From NCBI RefSeq assembly GCF_006345805.1, contig NC_043003.1:34100001-34164000 (forward strand): DNA of 64,000 nucleotides. Direction: 5' to 3'. Origin of the DNA: Octopus sinensis. Lineage: Eukaryota. The translations under genes were made by a program, and so were the position numbers. The notes under the pieces were generated by a model. The model had not been told where the DNA came from. It made no database searches and worked only from the letters and a program-made list of their open reading frames with translations. Shown here piece by piece: positions 13,400 through 25,665 of the stretch; position 1 is the stretch's first letter; every line of letters starts with the position of its first letter.

Positions 13400-13925
13400 T
13401 TATTCAAAAGGATACATTCTCTAAATATGTGTGAGAATGTTGAGCTTATAGAATATGAATTGGTTATGAGGTCCAAATTTTCTTTATTCGGCTGTAATAT
13501 TCTTTTGTGACACGTGTTTTATTACACTGTAATATATATTTTCATCCATTCCTAGATACCTGTAACATTCATCGTCAGATACAGGTGAAACAGTCAAATC
13601 ATTAATGGAGATGTTATTGGTCTAGTTTATATTTTTCTCCTTTTCACAACCATATAACAACATTTATCCTGACCAAACTCCAATCCTACATCCTTTGAGG
13701 ACGTTGTAACTAGGTCAAGGCTCTATATGCAATATTCTTTGCACAAAGTTTTAAGTCATCCACAAAGAAACAGTATGTAATTTTGGTATTTCTGTTTCCT
13801 TGTGAACCAGTGAGATATCCTTCAGACTTCCTTAACATGAATGACAAGGGGTTTACAGAAAGTATAAACAACATCACAGAGAGGCTGCCTCCTTGGAATA
13901 TGCCTTTGCGATACTGTATTCTATC
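13400..13925 (-). mobile_element. R4/Dong-like non-LTR RT fragment
   Basis: KGIFQGGSLSVMLFILSVNPLSFML...FFVDDLKLCA, KDVGLEFGQDKC, ECYRYLGMDE, EYYSRIKKIW: RT motifs including the YxDD equivalent. Clade assignment is from recalled similarity. Confidence 0.75.
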
Positions 13926-15103
13926 GGTGATATACATTCACACTTTATATATGCATATATGTATGCATGTATGTATGTATGTATGTATGTATGTATGTAT
14001 GTATGTATGTATGTATGTATGTATTTTATTGTATTGTATTGTATGATATTTATATGAATTGTGAAATCCATGTGAAAAGCCACATGGAGTTGATCCACAT
14101 GCTCATGGGAAGTTGGATGGTAAGCTTAAAGGGAGTTTTGAGACGGAATGGCTAATGCGAGCAGAGGTCCATTTGTGTATTTTTTTTGTGCATGTGTGTG
14201 TATATGTATACTTCCACAAGTCATCTTGTATTCTGAAGACGTGTATTTGCGCGCATATGCACACATGATACGATTATTGCTTGGTTGTGTATAGCAGTTA
14301 GATGATTATCTGTGCATGTGCCCGCGTGCTTACATGGAACATACGTACTAGTGTCATTATTTCATCAAATTTGGATTACATTTGAAGCAGCATTGTCACA
14401 GAATCCCGTACACCAGTGAACCGACTGTGCTCTGAACACACTGCGGTCGTAAAAGGCAGAAATTGCTTCTCCTATGACGTATTAGAGCAACCATCATATT
14501 TTGCTTTCGAACGAAATTAACAAACGAGTGAAGAAAATATTTTGGAGGCCCCAATAAGTTTCTGTGGCGATAAAAAAAAGGCAGGTAAGAGAGACAGTGC
14601 TGAACAGCAACATGCAACATTTACAGAAATTGCACATTATATAGATATGTCAGCATATTGTGTAAGAATAGTAATGAATAACTTTTCCTGTAACTTTTCG
14701 TAACAGGAAACAAGCAAATGATTTCAAAGGGTAATAAGAGCAAAAAAGATTTAACTGAGCTGAAGAGATCTGAAAACAAGGAAGACTTACTGAATCAATC
14801 AAAGCCTCAATTGCGGTGGATAGAAAGTAAATTGTAGACCACTTTATATATATATATGCTTCTGTGTGTCTTTCCATTGAAGCGTTAACCTAATAGCGCA
14901 TATGTTAAAACTTGTTCCTCCTCTGTTTTCACTGTTGTTGCTCATTACATTTACACACGTGCGCGTGCACACACATATGGATAAATTGTCGACATTTTAT
15001 ATTTATAATTTCGCGCATGTGCAGTTTTAGTTTTTTTTTATTTTGTCGACAACACAGTATATAGCAGTATCAGTTGAGCACAGTCTGTGAGAAAAACAGT
15101 ACC

Positions 15104-15716
15104 ATGACGCAATTTGCTCTGCCAGAAATTTGGAAACGACCTGCTGTACTGCTTGTTATTCGCGCCGGCAGCTCCAGTACGAGCATTTCAGAGTCTTTGG
15201 GTGTCAATCTGAGGAGAGTGCGTGTACTGAGAGTGATAAAAAGCAAACATCCACTCAAAATCATGATATTTGGTGTGATCACTAGTGATGGAGACGTTAA
15301 GCTTCCATTCATCTTTACACACAGCCTTGGACCCAACTACATCAGTGCCTGGAGAAGGTGGTGTTGCTCTGGATCAAGAGGATAGCTGCTGGAAGAACCT
15401 ATGTCTGGTAACAGGTCTCTGCACCATGTCAAACAAGGAGGAGAATCCAGTCATGGTTGTTAGACAATTTCTGCGACTATATCACCCCTAACGTCTGGCC
15501 ACCTAACTCCCCAGACTGTAACCCCCTTGATTATTATGTGTGGAGTGCAGTTTGGTGAGATACCAGCAAAACTCTTTGTAACACCAAAAATGAATTGAAG
15601 GCAAGGATTATGGCAGCATTCACCAACTTAAACAAGGTGACCGCCCAGAAGAGTTGCAGGAGATTCCGAATTCGTCTGGAGGCTTGGTTGAAGCTAATGG
15701 CGATTTTATTGAATAG
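15104..15716 (+). pseudogene. Internally deleted DD37D (maT) Tc1/mariner transposase
   Basis: N-terminal HTH-like MTQFALPEIWKR... fused to KHPLKIMIFGVITSDGDV; YVW*QVSAP (mutated second D) lies 37 residues from the D of WPPNSPDCNPLDYYVW; ends VEANGDFIE*. Confidence 0.85.
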
Positions 15717-15754
15717 ATTTACTCTTTAGTATTTCAAAATATTTTTATGTAATT

Positions 15755-16140
15755 TAGGCGTGGCTGTGTGATAAGAAGCTTGCTTTCCAACCATATGGTT
15801 CCGGGTTCAGTCCCACTAAATCTTGGGCAAGTGTCTTCTGCTATAGCCTCAAGCCAACTAAAGCCTTGTGAGTGGATTTGGTAGATGGAAACTGAAAGAA
15901 TCTCGTCATATATGTGTGTGTGAGTGTGTGTTTACTTGTCTGTGTTTGTTTCCCCACCATCGCTTGACAATGAATATTGGTGTGTCTACGTACCGGTAAC
16001 TTATCGTTTCAGAGACGACTAGAATAAGTACTAGGCATACAAAGAGTAAGTGCTGGGATCGATTTTTCTACTAAAGGCGGTGCTCCAGCATGGTGGCAGT
16101 CAGACTACAGAAACAAGTAGAAGAATAAAAGAATAAAAGA
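15755..16140 (+). mobile_element. CORE-type SINE (OR2-like) inserted in the maT 3' flank
   Basis: Full head-CORE-microsatellite-tail structure. Confidence 0.85.
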
Positions 16141-16347
16141 ATATCTGTTAAAATGAGAGATTAGTGTTATTTTCAGTTTTGCGTCATTTAGACGACAATA
16201 TATACACCGCACCATCGCAATCCTTAACATTTATGTATTAACTTTGTTGGGTACTTCACTAGCAGTATATTGGATATATGTTATCCCATGGAGGGTTGCA
16301 TTTACAACCCCTATCTCAATTTGTATATATATATGTGTGTGTGTGTG

Positions 16348-16382
<35 letters not shown>

Positions 16383-16624
16383 CGTGTGTGTGAGTGTGTG
16401 TGTGTATGCACACACACACACGCACACGCTCACACATAGACACACACACACACACGCACACATACATAAGGTATTGGTGTATACAGAAACAGCGGGGTCT
16501 GTGCTTAACCTTAATGGGTTATGTATAACTTAACATATGTGAGTCCTTCCTCAGACGTTCTAAGGCGGTCATTGCTACAGCCATTGGTTAGAAGTTCTGG
16601 AGGCAGTACATGAACTTTCAGTTG

Positions 16625-16940
16625 TCAAGTTCATTCCGGCGGTTGAGGCTGGGTGTCTTCTTCCTGATGAAATGTGCCTCTTTTATTCATAGGTTGACTG
16701 TATTTGTTTCTCGGGCCAGTATCCGGGTGGAGAACTCCCTGTCGCAGTGTTGGTGGTATTGGATTACGGCGCTGCGTGTTGTGGCTTGGTGACGGTGTTC
16801 TTTCACTCTAACCTGAAGCTGTCGTTTAGTCGACGCTATAAATTTTCCCTAGCAGGTACAGGTCATCTCGTGTATCACGTGAGTTTGAAAACATAGCCGG
16901 ACAGTTGGCTGTCCGTTGGCTGTTTGGCTTTGATGGACCA
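16625..16940 (-). mobile_element. Penelope-like element GIY-YIG endonuclease fragment
   Basis: HVIHEMTCTC*GKFIASTKRQLQVRVKEH...SAVIQYHQHC..F..RILARE...IKEAHFIRKKTPSLNRRNEL*. Confidence 0.85.
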
Positions 16941-16942
16941 GG

Positions 16943-17357
16943 TATAGGAGTACGAGTAGATGTGTGGTAAGTAGTTTGTTTATGATCCACATGGTTCCGA
17001 GTTCATTCCCACTGCGTGGCACCTTGGGCAAGTGTCTTCTACTATAGCCACGGGCCGACCAAAGCCTTGTGAGTAGATTTGGTAGATGGAAACTGAAAGA
17101 AACCCGTCGTATATATGTATATATATATATGTGTGTGTGTGTGTCTGTTTGTGTGTCTGTGCCCCCCCCCCAAACATCGCTTGACAACCGATGCTGGCGT
17201 GTATATGTCCCCGTAAATTAGCGGTTCGGCAAAAGATCCCGATATAAGAAGTACTAGGCTTACAAAGAATAAGTCCTGAAGTCGATTTGCTCGACTAAAG
17301 GTGGTGCTCCAGCATGGCCACAGTCAAATGACTGAAACAAGTAAAAGAGTAAAGAGT
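16943..17357 (+). mobile_element. CORE-type SINE (OR2-like)
   Basis: GGCACCTTGGGCAAGTGTCTT core, (TA)(TG) insert, standard tail. Confidence 0.88.
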
Positions 17358-17405
17358 ATACATTCATTCATACACACTCACTCACACACACAAACACACA
17401 CATAC

Positions 17406-17442
<37 letters not shown>

Positions 17443-18454
17443 AGCAGACAGACAGGGATCATGTAAAATTGCGTCTTATGACGTAACGTAGTGGGTATGT
17501 AGTATGAGTGCTCAAGTTGACATACCATCAAAACCACCAAATTGAACTGCGACTGAAATAAAAACGAGGTGTTGTAGCTGCCTGGCATGAATGGATAGAA
17601 GTAATTATCATTGAGATAGATCAAAATGTCGCTTAAGTATTTCGTCTGGTGTGCTAATGATTCTACTATCTCGCCACCATAATATACACTATTATATAAA
17701 AAAAATTGCATAACACGGAAAATATGTTATTCATATGTACTCGGATTTAGCTAAAGTTCTACTACAATTACTGTCTTCGACGATGGAAATGTTCATCGCT
17801 ATAATCCTCTACTAAAATCATCTACTAGTCTGCTACTATATGGAATGCTTACGCTGTACTGTGCTTCCTTTGATAGTTTTTATTTTGGTTAAGATTAGTT
17901 GAATAAACAAGCGTCTACCATGGTATGTGTAGTACTTGACAGACCCTTACAGTTTAGTCAGTAAGGTTGGAATTTAAACAGTAGCGTTATAGAGGAGACT
18001 AACGACAGCGTAGAACGACAATATTCTCAAGAGAACTCTGGTGTTGATGTGAATCAACTAACTTGTCTATTCCTGCGAGTTTTCAACTCGGATTCTATTG
18101 ATAAATAACCAAAATCTCTACCTTGGCAGTGCTACCGGAACGTTTCAGGGCTCTGACAAGGTCCATAGGAATAGAAGTGCCGTTAGGCAGGCACTTTTTT
18201 TGTAAGTCGCGGAGCAACGAAATCGTCACCACGTATCCGTCAGGTGTCCAGGCATTGTTTAACTTTTGAAATTATGAAAAGCATCTGTTGTCGCATATAA
18301 GACTGATTCAGTTAATAGTTACATTCATTGAGGAATACCTACCAACTTCCTTTGGCTGGAAAACTGTTTATTTTATATCTGGTAGTGTTATGTAGCACGT
18401 TCGGATGCCTTCTACTCAACTCTACTCCACTCTACTCTGTTCTAGCTTATTACC

Positions 18455-18687
18455 TATTTCTTTACTGCCCACAAGGGGCTACACACAGAGGGGACAAACA
18501 AGGACCGACAAACGGATTAAGTCGATTACATCGACCCCAGTGCGTAACTGGTACTTAATTTATCGACCCCGAAAGGATGAAAGGCAAAGTCGACCTCGGC
18601 GGAATTTGAACTCAGAACGTAACGGCAGGTGAGATACTGCCAAATATTTCGCCCGGCGCGCTGACGTTTCTACCAGCTCACCGTCTT
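18455..18687 (-). mobile_element. Young Meta-type SINE (OR1-like), Tx1-like tail
   Basis: tRNA-like head, GCCTTTCATCCTTTCGGGGTCGATAAA Meta-like domain; 15-bp TSD TTCTAGCTTA(T/C)TACC at 18440 and 18688. Confidence 0.9.
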
Positions 18688-18769
18688 TTCTAGCTTACTA
18701 CCCTGATGTCTAGACTTATCCCTCTATATCTACGTATTGGGCTAGCCTACTTCATCGTCGGGGGCGTCC

Positions 18770-19260
18770 ACACAACAGGTAGATTTAGAAAAAAATACAT
18801 GGTGTTGCGGTGGACATGCTGACAACGATTTTCCTTTTTGATCAAGCCTTCACTTTTCTAAAGATCTATTTGCAGTAACAGCCGAGAATGGAGATGAAAG
18901 CACTCACAGTCCTTAAATATACTGAGTGTGTATTATATTTATAAGAAGATAGGATCGCCCATGATATTGTATTTATTCTCAATATGCTTCTGTTTATCAC
19001 TGATCACCACCGAGAGAATGCATTTAGCATTAGCAGTTAGAATAATTTTGGATCCATGGACTTTTTTGATTGGCTTTAGGTATTTCTACCCTCTCTCCGT
19101 TAGACAATTGGAGGCATCTCTCTTATTGATGTGGTGTTGCTTGTTCTCCATTGACTTTGTTACCTTAATTTACTCCGTTAAAATTCTCTTTCTTGTTATT
19201 TCGTATTCCGTCCTTGTATCATACCCAAATTTTAAGACCTTGTGGCCAATAAATAAAGAT
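18770..19260 (+). mobile_element. Old Tx1-like 3' fragment
   Basis: TIFLFDQAFTFLKIYL resembles DTFLFGQVLINFFKFHL of the 29 kb copy; T-rich UTR ending CCTTGTGGCCAATAAA. Confidence 0.5.
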
Positions 19261-21226
19261 TGTTACTTATTAATATTGTTGTTGTTGCTGCTGCTGCTTC
19301 TGCTGCTACTGCTGCTGTTGATGATGATGATGTTGCTGCTGCTGTTTTAGTGGGGGTAGAAGAGATATCAGTTATTATCTTTTATCATCATGGCCATCAT
19401 CATCGTCATCATCATCATTACCATCATTATCATCATCATCATCATTTTCATTCTCATAATCATACACTTTGTCATTATTTTCATTATTACGCGAAAAATT
19501 TTCCCTGAGGCTCTTGGTTTATCATATCAATTCTTATTCTTGTTTATTCCTATTTATTTAAATATTTATTATTTACATATTTGTTTATTTATTTATTTAT
19601 TCTCCTTTACTCTTTCAAATGCATTCGGCCATATTGCTTTTTGTTAAGACCTGCTTGATTAACGAGTCTGCACCAACGAATGCTTCTCTAAACACAGTTC
19701 TACAATCTCCTGATAATTCTAAGATACACTTCTTAATCAAATGATTGTCGTTTCAACCCGCAAAATTGATTATGTTCCCTGTTTAGAATGCGGCGAAGTA
19801 TTTGCCACCAACTCTTCACTTTCACTCTATCTCGCACCAAGTTCTTATTGAAGCCTTGGGTCGGTTTTACAACGTTTTCTATTTTGTGTTATTTGTTCCA
19901 TTATTTTTCCTTTTTTTATTGGCATTCTCTCCTCCGCCTTTCGATCCGTTCTACTGATCAACCTTTTCGTAAAAATGCTAGTCACACATGCTCTCCGAAT
20001 TCTGACCCTCGAGATATATGGCTAACATTGTTGAGAAGCAGTGGCACAAATATCTCAGAATCCTTGATTGAATTTGTAGGAAAAGTAAAAGTTTTGGGCA
20101 CTTCTTCATTTTATCTCTCCCTCTAATCTATGTACACCGACGAAAATTTACTGTATTGATTTAGCGCCATCTTGATTGGCATAAAACAAAATGTATACAG
20201 AAGCTTGCCTGTAAGGAGAACCGTTCTAAAACACGCACGTATTTGCTAGGATTAAACAAGGAAAAAATATGGCTTCTCACTGAACAAGTCACCTGCTCAA
20301 TCACGTGATGTTTCTCATCTACAGTTTCTCTTACATGATTAATATGATATATGTTCCCTTGCTACTATGATTTATCTTTTCACCCTTCCCTTTACGAAGA
20401 CTGCATTATTTTCAAGGGAGAAAATATCAATATCATTAGCAGCGTGCCTAATAATTTATTATGTTTTGGTTTATCGGGGTGACAAAGGAGGGGGTATAAT
20501 TACCTTCCTATATCATGACGAGCGTCGACCATCATCTGGGTGGCAACTCTAACACCGAAGATGAGCAAAAGTACGAGTAGAAGTATTGTTTATATCAATT
20601 TCAAATTTTATTACACTACCGTCTGAAAAAAAAAAAGAAACGGTAAGATATACATTCAAAGCGATTGATAGACTTAGCACTGGATTGAAATAGTTGGTAA
20701 AGCAACTGACAGGACGCTTTACATCCCTTTCGGAACTTAGCTCAAATCCTACCGAACCAAACTTTTAATTATGCGCGCGCGCACATGCACACACACACAC
20801 ACACAAACACACACATATAATTTTCAATAAGAAGCAGTTGTAATCGTGCAAACATTTCCGAAGCTACATATTTTTTTGTTTAAGCGCTAATTGATGGTAA
20901 GATTCGTCTGGGGAAAAGTTCCTTTAAGACTTCAATTTAAGTTTTATTTGGGGGAATTTCAGCAACAGATTGTAATAGTTAATGCAACCAATTACACACT
21001 TTCTGAATGTCTCAGAAATTATTGAACAATGCATTAAAGAAGTTTAGTAACTAATCTAATGTTTGATGTAGCTTAGAATCGATATATACGTAAGGAACAA
21101 AGATTGTTTTAGTAGCGACAATAGTAGACAATTGAACAGTTGACACATGTTAGATGTTTGAATAGGTTATTGACCAGTTTAAAATATTTATATATGTGTA
21201 AAGTGATACCCATCTACATGTAAGTA

Positions 21227-21424
21227 TGAGGTACTGAAAAAGATACTGAAGAAAATACAGAAGGTTCAGATAATAATGATTTTATTCAACATATTCGCCT
21301 CACAGATTCACACATCTATTGCAGTGGTACTTCGGCTTTATTAAGCCCTGTAAAAGAAGTTTGATCTTCCAACCAAGCCTTTCGCGATACTATTAAAGCT
21401 AGGAAATTTTCAGCACCCTCTCCT
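21227..21424 (-). mobile_element. Mariner-derived MITE, copy 1
   Basis: TIR-like GAGGTACTGAAAA / TTTTCAGCACCCTC; minus strand retains the transposase C-terminus NRCVNL*GEYVE. Confidence 0.7.
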
Positions 21425-21780
21425 AGGTTTAGTACTGGCACATATGGGAAGGTTGCTGTCCTCTATGATACTATTTCTCGAATGAAATAATTTTTTGGTT
21501 ATGAATATAGTAATTAACGAGAGAGCCTTTACATAGTGACATTTTTTGCTAGAAACAACGACTGAATATCTTTAAAACCTTACACTTTTGGCGGCGAACT
21601 TGCAGAGATGTTAGAACGTGGGGAAATAATTTTCCAACGTAACTGCTTGACTCTCAGAACACTGATTTCAAATCCGTGAAGGTCATCATTTCCTTGTATC
21701 CTTTCCAGGTAGACTTAAAAAAAGAGTACCAATCCAGTGGGGTGGATTGAAAAACTGTTAAAACATCGAACTGGATGCCT

Positions 21781-21999
21781 TACGAGGTGGTACTGAAACT
21801 TTCCTGGCTTTAAGGTCTCGCGAAAGGCCTGATGGTAGGACAGCCTTCCGAATTCTTTTACAGGGCATAGAAAAACCGAAGGAGTGATGCAATAAGTGTG
21901 TGAATCTCAGACGAGGAAATGTTGAATAGAATCATAATTAACTGATTCTCCTATATCTTCTTTTACCCAAAGCCAGGAACTTTTCAGCACACTCTGGTA
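21781..21999 (+). mobile_element. Mariner-derived MITE, copy 2
   Basis: TIRs TACGAGGTGGTACTGAAACTTTCCTGGCTTT / AAAGCCAGGAACTTTTCAGCACACTCTGGTA, TA at both ends. Confidence 0.8.
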
Positions 22000-22642
22000 C
22001 TTTTTTGTTCCTACTCTTTGCTTTCTGAGTTAAAATCTCAACATAGCTTAGTCTAATACATGTCTTTAAAAAAGTCTATTTCTCCGGCTTGAGAATATTA
22101 ACCATTCTCGGTTGCACAGTAAAGGCTTATGAGTTCTACCTTCCTACCTTATTAAAAAGATAAAGAGGAATCACCATTAAAGTAGTTTGGCCTATACTAC
22201 GGAATATGGCCGGAATATCTTTGGATACAGTAAAGTTCAATCGGAGTTGTCTTGTTCTCCACACGATCTTAGTACGTTGTTTTAAGGGCTTTGTTTCCAA
22301 TTTATAATTCCTATTCGTCGTTCAGCTCCATTTCAGTCCTATTTGAGCAGAATCTTAAGTAGACATCCCTGTCGTAAATATCCCATTTTTTGTAGGGTGG
22401 TGTAGGACAAATCTAATGCAATATTTCCTTATTTAAGACGGTAGAATGTGATTTGAGGAAAATTTACGGACTGTTTACAACCAGTCAAGTGGCCGTGTAT
22501 AGGCTCCGTCTTCTTATGTGTGTGTATGGGAGAGAGTGTGTGTGTGTGAGTGCGTGTATGTATGTATGTATGTATGTATGTACGTACGTACGTACGTATG
22601 TATGAATGTATGTATGCATGTATATATGTAGGTACGTATGTA

Positions 22643-23053
22643 CGTATGTTTTCCAGATGGGAAGGGTCTTCCTTTGATGCTGACATGCAATGTCTGTGCA
22701 AGACCCTGCCTCGGTAAAGCTAGACTTAAGAGTCATCTTCGTAGTCATAAAGCGAGACAGATGAGTGACAACCTGGCCACTGGTGGTGGTGTAACATACC
22801 ATACTAATCATATCTGTCGGGCATGTGGAAGAGAGTGTAATTCGGCAGGAGGATTTAAACGACATGCAAAGGTACATGAAGCGCAGTTACAACTACAGCC
22901 AGCTATTACCGGTAAAGGTTTTAGTTGCCGATTCTGTACAAGACATTGTAGATCTTTAGCTGGGATAAAAAGTCACGTTCGATCACAGCACCAGTAACAG
23001 TTAAGCTTCGTGCAATGGCCATACTCGATAACGAGGGGGCAGCCATAATGTTG
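22643..23053 (+). mobile_element. 5'-truncated RTE-type LINE 3' end with three C2H2 zinc fingers
   Basis: Open frame CNVC..HLRSH, CRAC..HAKVH, CRFC..HVRSQH*; no TGEKP linkers; short UTR CATACTCGATAACGAGGGGGCAGCCAT; 15-bp TSD GTAGGTACGTATGTA at 22628 and 23054. Confidence 0.7.
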
Positions 23054-23085
23054 GTAGGTACGTATGTATGTTTGTATGTATGTAT

Positions 23086-23160
<75 letters not shown>

Positions 23161-23851
23161 ACCGCCCTTTATGAGGTAAGGATTTCATCAGAAATTGTGA
23201 ACCCTGGTTTACAATTTCCACGGCACATAATAGGTTTCGGCTCTGCAGCCTTCATGATTAAATACTGTTCTTTTCATTTCTTTCAATTAATAAAACTGTT
23301 AACAGAATAAAATTGATGACGCTGTCAGTGATCCCCTTTAATAAAATAAACTCCTTGAGACACATCTTTATAAGAATATTAATCATGTTTAGCTATGTGC
23401 AGATGAAAGAGTAACTGCCCTTGGTATTTCTAATAAGAAAGAGAAAACAAATGAGATTATACACAAGATTGACTGCATGGATAAACTGTCGCATCGACGC
23501 CATCTTTGTAACATGCAACACCAAAGTTAGAAATTCAAACAGCAATGACATAATCGCTATCGCACACGCATACACAGAAACACACAAACACAAAACACAC
23601 ACACAGAGACACATTTACAAAGAAGTGGACATAAACGGGTGCATATACATAAAATTTCACTCATAGTATTTTCCTTTTCATCTTTACCCTTTCTTCTACT
23701 TCCTCGTTCTCTGTCATCTTTTGCACGCTCTCTCACACTCTCTATTTCTTCCCCTTCTCTCACTCGTTTCTTGTGTATGAGTAGGCAATTTTTTTTTTAA
23801 TTTCTTCTCTCTTCAATCAATGCGCACACATGCAGACACACACACACACAC

Positions 23852-23918
<67 letters not shown>

Positions 23919-24750
23919 TGTGTGTGTGTATGTTTGTGTTTGATTCAGAAAACACAATTCACATAAACTATCCCCCGAACACACAACACTTATACACATA
24001 AACACACATTCTGCGTTTTCTTTAAATAATGTTAGATGACATAAAAGCATACTTATATAACCGATACATACCCGTACAACTGAATGCACACACACACACA
24101 CACGTACACACATATGCGTATGCAGAAATGTGCTGACGCCCTTTGATGCGCATATAAGTTCACATAATTTGCTACAGTACAAATAGATACCCATGTATGT
24201 CAGCATGTTCGCTCGATTGTAATACAGAAACACGTACACGCATAAAACCACAAATACACACAGACAATAACACACAGACACACATACTCGCGCACATACA
24301 TGCACATACATGCACATATAAATTCATTTTAATATATACATGCATTTATACGAATATGCTTAAATATATGTACACATGCCTACATACACACACACATATG
24401 TATGCGTGTATATATGTATGTGAATACGTCTGTCAGTCTGTATGTATGTATGCACGTATGCAGTATGTGTGTGTCACCAATATCTCTTTCTGTTATTTCG
24501 ATGCATAAAATTTAGTTTTAAGAATAGATGCAACAGGCAAAATAACAGAAAGAAATATATATAAAGCATAAATGTATGCATGTATTTACATATGCAAACA
24601 AGGTGGCATACATACATATACACACTCGTATACATATATGCTTACATAGTGCATACTTACATACATACCTAGATATATACATATATATATATATGTCCAC
24701 ACACACATATATATACACATATATATATATGTGTGTGTATGTCCACACAA

Positions 24751-24814
<64 letters not shown>

Positions 24815-24964
24815 TTGTATGTGTGCGTGTGTTTCTCTGTGTGTGCGTAGGGTTGACTTGAGAGAGAAGGATGACATACATGAAGTAAAGCAAGGTTTGA
24901 GAGAGGCATTAGGAAAGTCGAATAAAAGCGCGGAAGCATAAGAGTGAAAGGCAGTTTGGAATGA

Positions 24965-24982
24965 TAAAAGAAGAAAGAAGGA

Positions 24983-25014
<32 letters not shown>

Positions 25015-25071
25015 AGGAAAGAAAGAAAGACAGAGAAGTAAGGGAAAGTAATATATGAAAAATATGGAAGT

Positions 25072-25152
<81 letters not shown>
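24965..25152 (+). repeat. (GAAA)n and (GATA)n microsatellites
   Basis: Direct reading. Confidence 0.9.
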
Positions 25153-25628
25153 GCAGGCTGTGAGACAGAAAGAGAATGTGAGAAAGAGGAATAGAGGAAA
25201 ATATGAAGTGGTCTGGTTGATGAGAGAATGAGAGTAAATGACTATTCGGATTAAACAATGGCAATGTGTGAAGTGACAAGCAAGAAAGACAGATGTGTTA
25301 CATTATATTGGATCGTGGAAGTTTCTAGATGGTTAAAAGATCAAAGAATATTCAAGTGGAGATGTTAAGGAGATCTTTTAATGAAGGACACTATAAAGGA
25401 AATTCTCACTTTTGTATTTCCTTCTTAGTTTTCCCAAACTGCAGATTTCTGCAGTGCCAGTTTTCAAGTGTTTCAGCGTTGGTTCTCTTGAAATTCTCCA
25501 ACTTGCTTGATGCAAAGAGTTTTTCAAAAAAATGGTGTATAAAAGATTTATGGAAATGTATGATGTATATATGCTTCTTTTTTTTCTTCTTTTGTATGTA
25601 TGTGTGTATGAGAGTGTGTGTGTGTGTG

Positions 25629-25665
<37 letters not shown>

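Noticed and set aside
19788-20126. 112-aa ORF as a membrane protein
   Set aside because: The hydrophobicity comes from a T-rich strand; no family motif.
22638-22997. Host C2H2 zinc-finger gene
   Set aside because: No TGEKP linkers, the ATG lies in a microsatellite, and the region is bounded by a TSD with an RTE-like UTR; treated as a LINE 3' end.
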